NCBI GenBank assembly: GCA_947460345.1
Contig: CANHGM010000013.1
Span: 18,610-82,609, forward strand
Length of the DNA stretch: 64,000 bases
Direction: 5' to 3'
Source of the DNA: Bacteroidota bacterium
GTDB lineage: Bacteria > Bacteroidota > Bacteroidia > UKL13-3
Below the pieces are notes generated by a model, which saw only the letters and a program-made list of their open reading frames with translations, searched no databases and had not been told where the DNA came from. The translations under genes and the position numbers were made by a program. This document shows positions 59,757 to 64,000 of this stretch, piece by piece; within the stretch, counting starts at the first letter, position 1; each line of letters opens with the position of its first letter.

Positions 59757-59823
59757 AAAAGTTTGTGTGCAAAATTGAGCATAAAACTTGAATTAAAAAT
59801 ATCTTTTTTTTATTTTAAAAAGT

Positions 59824-59852
59824 TGACAATTATAGTGTTATTTTGTATAATC
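59824..59852 (+). promoter_or_regulatory. Strong promoter-like element (TTGACA-N17-TATAAT) upstream of the unlisted PKD-repeat gene
   Basis: ttgacaattatagtgttattttgtataat is an exact sigma70-type -35/-10 pair with 17-nt spacing. It also contains TAttTTG. Lies 88 nt upstream of the ATG at 59940. Could be chance in AT-rich DNA. Confidence 0.35.
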
Positions 59853-59939
59853 AAAAAAAAGATTAAAAATACATTTTATCAGAAATACATTAATACATAT
59901 AAGTTCTTATTTAAAAGCTTCAATAACTTACCTAAAAAT

Positions 59940-62900
59940 ATGCATTTTTTGGGGAGTATTTTGCTTTTCAGAGTTAATGTTTATAAGCAAAGCTAATGCT
60001 TGTAATGGCACGCCACAGTTAAGCTTTAGTACTAGTCCTTATTGTGTTGGCAGTAAAATATCTTTTCATTTTTCAACAACAGGTGTAGCCACAGTCAACA
60101 GTTATACAATAGACTTTGGAGATGGAAATGATAGTACTGCAAATTCAGCTGGCACTATAGACCATATATATAATTCATCTGGTATATTTTATATAAAGTT
60201 AATACGATCACTTACTGCTTGTAAAGATACATTGATAGATAGTATTACCATTAGTCCAAAACCATCAGCTGCATTTAGTTTAAAATTAGATTCAATATGT
60301 AGTGGACAAATAGATTCATTTTTCGCCAACAACAATTCTTTAACCTATCTGTGGAGTTACAGTTCAGGTGGAAGTGCTTCCACACAAAACACAGGTAAAA
60401 TATTTACAAACAGTGGTAGTTCGCCCATTTCTGTTACAACTAAACTAATGGTTACAAATGGAAATGGATGTAAGGATTCACTTTCTAAGAACTTTGTAGT
60501 GATGCCTTTGCCTAATCCTTCGTTTAGCTTTAATAATGACAGCAGTTGTTCTGGTTCGACAATAACATTTACTAATGCATCTTCTGGAGCAACAAAATAT
60601 ATATGGTTATTAGGCAATGGAGGAACTAGTAACTCTGTTTCACCAAGTCAAGTTTATCCAATCTCTATTGGAAGTGGTTTTTCAACCTATCTGCCAAAAC
60701 TATATGCCCAAAGTGCTTTTGGATGTATTGATTCAATACAAAAAACTATCAGACTAAAGCAAAAACCTGATGGAAGTATTCAAGATCCTTTTAGTTCGAT
60801 ACCTTATGCGATATGTGATACAAATTTAAGTTTAATTAGTTTCCTAGACTCATCTGTTACATCATCTTCAGATTCTATAAGGATATTTAATTGGGGTGAC
60901 GGAGTTCTTGATACCATTACTAATTTCTCCGCAGGTTTTAGCCACACATATAATTCAAATGGTTATTTTAGTTTAAAAATTACAACCACAGGAAAAAACA
61001 ATTGCTCAACCATAAGAAATTATAAAATCTTCAGAGGAAGTAACCCTTATGTTGGTATTGTAAGCATGGGCAGTACTACAGGTTTATGCGGACCTACTTC
61101 GATGAAGTATTTAATCAAGTATGACTCCACTCTTGTAGGCACAACATATTCGATATTCAGCAATAGTTCAAATGACACAATTGTTTATAATCACCCTCCT
61201 CCTGATACTGCTTCTTGGTTTTTTCAGAAATCAAGCTGTGGGTTTACAGATATATTTGGTGGTACTAATTCTTTTCATATTAGGGCTCTTGCTCAAAATG
61301 CATGTGGATTCACCCCAGCAAGTTTTGGCAATATTACTGTTAATCTTAGACCTTTTGTTGGGTTTAAATTTTCACCAGATACTATTTGCAAAAACGATGT
61401 AATCTCATTCACAGATACTTCAACCGCAGGGAAAGTTGTTCCTTCATGTACAGGATTAAAGTATTTGAAATGGTTAATTAGTCCTACTAGTTTTGATACA
61501 ATCGGTGGGACAAAACTTGGTTCACCAACTACATGGTTCAATGCTAACTCTGGATCTTCAACTCTACAAATAAGAGTTAAAGATACGGGTTATTATGCCA
61601 TTAAACTAATAGTTGCAAACTTAAATAGAGTCTGTAATAACGGAAATAGTAGCGACACTGCTATAAAATATTTAAGGGTGTTAGAACCTCCTATCCCTAA
61701 ATTCAAGTTCTCTGCTGATTCAGGGTGCATCAATTTAATTGATACTTTTATTAATCAAACAAGAGGTGTTGTATCAAAATACAAATGGACTATAATTTCT
61801 CCTGCATCCGGATATACTTATAATTCTGGAAGTGGAGATACATCTATCAATCCAAGGTTAACATTTAATACTCCTGGAATATATATAGTAAAACTAGAGG
61901 CAACAAATGCTTGTACAACCGCTGTATATATAGATACAGTTATAGTTAAGAAAAAGCCACAAATTAATTTAACATCTATTAATAATAACTGTGTGCCATA
62001 CATAGTTAAACCTTCAGTTTCATATAATTCCAATTACTCAACTATTTCATCATATAGTTGGTCTTTTGTTGGAGGTAGCCCTTCTGCATCTGTATTAGCA
62101 TATCCAGATAGCATTATTTATAATACATCTGGCAATTACACAGTTGTTCTAAAGGCTATAAATGAATGTGGGCAGGATTCTGTCACAAAGAGCTTTATTG
62201 TATTCCCAAAACCAACACTGAATTTGGGAAAATCAATTGATAGTATTTGTATAAATGGAGGTAACTTTAATTTATCAGGATATAATCCTACAGGTGGAAA
62301 TTGGACAGGAACTGCTGTCTCATCAAGTGGCATTTTTAATCCAATTACTTCAGGGTTAGGGACGTTTACTTTAACCTATACATATACTGACACAAATGGT
62401 TGTACAAATACTGCAACAAAAAAAATTACTGTCTTCAATAAACCAACTGTTGCCTTTGTATGTATTCAACATTGCGTAGATAGTGCAATTAGTTTTACTG
62501 ATAGTTCTGCAACAGCCGGTTCAAATATACAATCTAGATTATGGTATTTTGGAGATGGATCAACCTCTACAGCCACAAACCCAAGTCATACTTACGCAAG
62601 CGCTAATAATTATAATGTTAAACTGGTGATAACTAATTCAATTGGATGTAAAGATAGTTTAACCAAAAGTATAACAGTTTATCCGAAACCTTCTCCATCA
62701 TTCTCTGCCAGTGATACCATCCTATGTTTCAAAGGTAACAATTTCACATTTACTAATTCATCAACTATTGCCACCGGAAGTATTAATAGTTATTCATGGA
62801 AATTTGGAGATACTGCCACATCAAGCGCTACCAGTCCTTCTCATTCTTATGCAGATTCAGGTTCATTTAAGGTAAGAATGTTAGCTATAAGTGACCACGG

Positions 62901-64000
62901 TTGTCAAGATAGTATAATCAAAACCATCACGGTATTAAATAGTCCCAAGGTTAACTTTACTATTAATGATACTGACCAATGCCTAACCGGAAATTCATTT
63001 GCGTATAATAGTACTTCAACTGCCAATGGAGGCACTATTACCAATTATAATTGGAATTTCGGTAATGGGAATATCTCCACTTCAAATTCTCCAACCGCAC
63101 AAACATATATAAGTTCAGGAACTTTTCCTGTTAAATTGATTATCACAAATAGCAAAGGCTGTAAAGATAGTCTGACTAAAAACATCAAAGTATATCCACA
63201 ACCCATTCCCGGTTTTAATTTTGGAGGTACATCCTTTTGTTCGCCTTATTCTTCAAGTTTAACAAACACCACTTCAGGAATTGCCACTTGGAAATGGAGT
63301 ATCAGCAATGCAAGCGGAGGAACAATATCTAACGATACTGCCAAGCAACCCACATTCAATTTTCCCGATAATCAAACCGGTACCGATTCAAACTATATAG
63401 TTAAACTGATTGCAACAAACTCAGATGGATGCAAAGATTCGTTCTCTGTATCATTAACTATTAAGAGTAGACCAAAATCATTATATACATTAGCAAATGA
63501 TAGCTGTGGGCCAATAGTTTTTAATATTAACAATTCAAGTTTATATGCAACGGGATATAATTGGAGCATCAATCCAACTGCAACCTTTAGCAATGCGACT
63601 GTGGCATCTCCAACGCTCACACTGCCTGTAAATCAAAGTGGCTCCACCATCAATTATGCAGTTAAATTAATTACTTCACTGAATAGTTGCTATGATACTT
63701 TGATAAAAAATATACAAGTATTTAGTAATCCGTTTGCTACATTCAATATGAGTAATACGGATAGTTGCGGACCTATACATATCTATTTTACCAATAATTC
63801 TACACCGGCTGCAGGTAATTCATATTTATGGGATTTTGGTAACGGAATTTCAAGTACAGCCAAAGACAGTAATTTGATTTTTACAAATCCAGGGGTAAAA
63901 GATTCATTATATAATATTAAACTTATAGCTATAACAAATAAAGGATGTATTGATGATTCTATAAGAACGTTAAAGGTTAAAACGAATGCAAAGGCATCTT
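59940..64000 (+). CDS. Large PKD-repeat surface protein, 3'-partial (over 1340 codons open to the window edge), with a frame break at its 5' end
   Basis: The frame with codon starts at positions ≡1 (mod 3) is open from 59851 to 64000. It encodes repeated PKD-like units (IDFGDGNDSTANS..., WYFGDGSTSTATNPSHTY..., WKFGDTATSSATSPSHSY..., WNFGNGNISTSNSPTAQTY...). The only signal-peptide-bearing start (ATG 59940, MHF...) is in the ≡0 (mod 3) frame and reaches a stop at 59994. Removing one nt from the T6G4 tract at 59945-59954 would fuse the two into MHFWGVFCFSELMFISKANA|CNGT.... The first in-frame ATG in the long frame is 59977. Absent from the ORF track because it has no stop in the window. Confidence 0.6.

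Noticed and set aside
59763-59996. 77-aa plus-strand ORF in the track upstream of the PKD region
   Set aside because: Lys/Ile/Phe-rich low-complexity translation of an AT-rich promoter region. Only its last 18 codons (MHFLGSILLF…) are meaningful, as the out-of-frame signal-peptide start of the large PKD gene.
60357-63620. Six short ORFs listed in the track on both strands between 60357 and 63620
   Set aside because: All lie inside, and mostly antisense to, the continuous PKD-repeat reading frame (codon starts ≡1 mod 3), which shows clear domain repeats. They are shadow ORFs.
1-64000. Search for CRISPR arrays, tRNA, rRNA, tmRNA, transposases, integrases and phage genes
   Set aside because: No short direct repeats with regular spacers. 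No cloverleaf-like GC-rich islands in the intergenic regions. No DDE, tyrosine or serine recombinase motifs in any ORF. The fibre-like 45386..47218 protein lacks accompanying phage structural genes, so I do not call a prophage.

Overview
Low-GC chromosomal segment that looks like Bacteroidota (Flavobacteriia/Sphingobacteriia-like). Evidence for the phylum: T9SS C-terminal sorting domains of both type A and type B, a PorP/SprF homologue, GLPGLI and OMP_b-brl_3 family genes, a BamA/tandem-OmpH/UppS island, and TAnnTTTG-type -7 promoter boxes. About 80% of the coding sequence is on the minus strand. Two kinds of content alternate. Housekeeping genes include tilS, a long-chain acyl-CoA synthetase, moxR, lnt, rsmI, uppS, bamA, two skp/ompH, nadK, recO, smpB, tatD, thiL, fabD and lipA. 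Between them lie very large secreted surface proteins: a 2040-aa PKD/type-B-CTD protein, a 1561-aa GEVED/PKD type-A protein, a 952-aa protein built from seven tandem ~111-aa repeats, a 931-aa BNR-repeat protein, and a PKD-repeat ORF of more than 1340 codons that runs off the 3' edge. That last ORF is missing from the supplied ORF track. The window opens inside a TetR–TolC–adaptor efflux operon whose pump gene lies upstream of the window. I found no rRNA, tRNA, CRISPR array, transposase or integrase. Less conventional loci: (i) two tiny Cys-pair lipopeptide ORFs translationally coupled to a YtxJ-type thioredoxin-like gene; (ii) a terminator-bounded three-gene cluster of a Cys-rich small membrane protein, a CxxC beta-barrel protein and a lipoprotein; (iii) the tandem-repeat surface protein co-transcribed with a glycine-rich fibre-like secreted protein; (iv) a degraded duplicate of the MFS gene 3' end; (v) three tandem outer-membrane paralogues in front of uppS-bamA; (vi) a T6G4 tract that breaks the reading frame at the 5' end of the unlisted PKD gene. 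Every family assignment comes from recognising motifs by eye in the translations. No database search was run.
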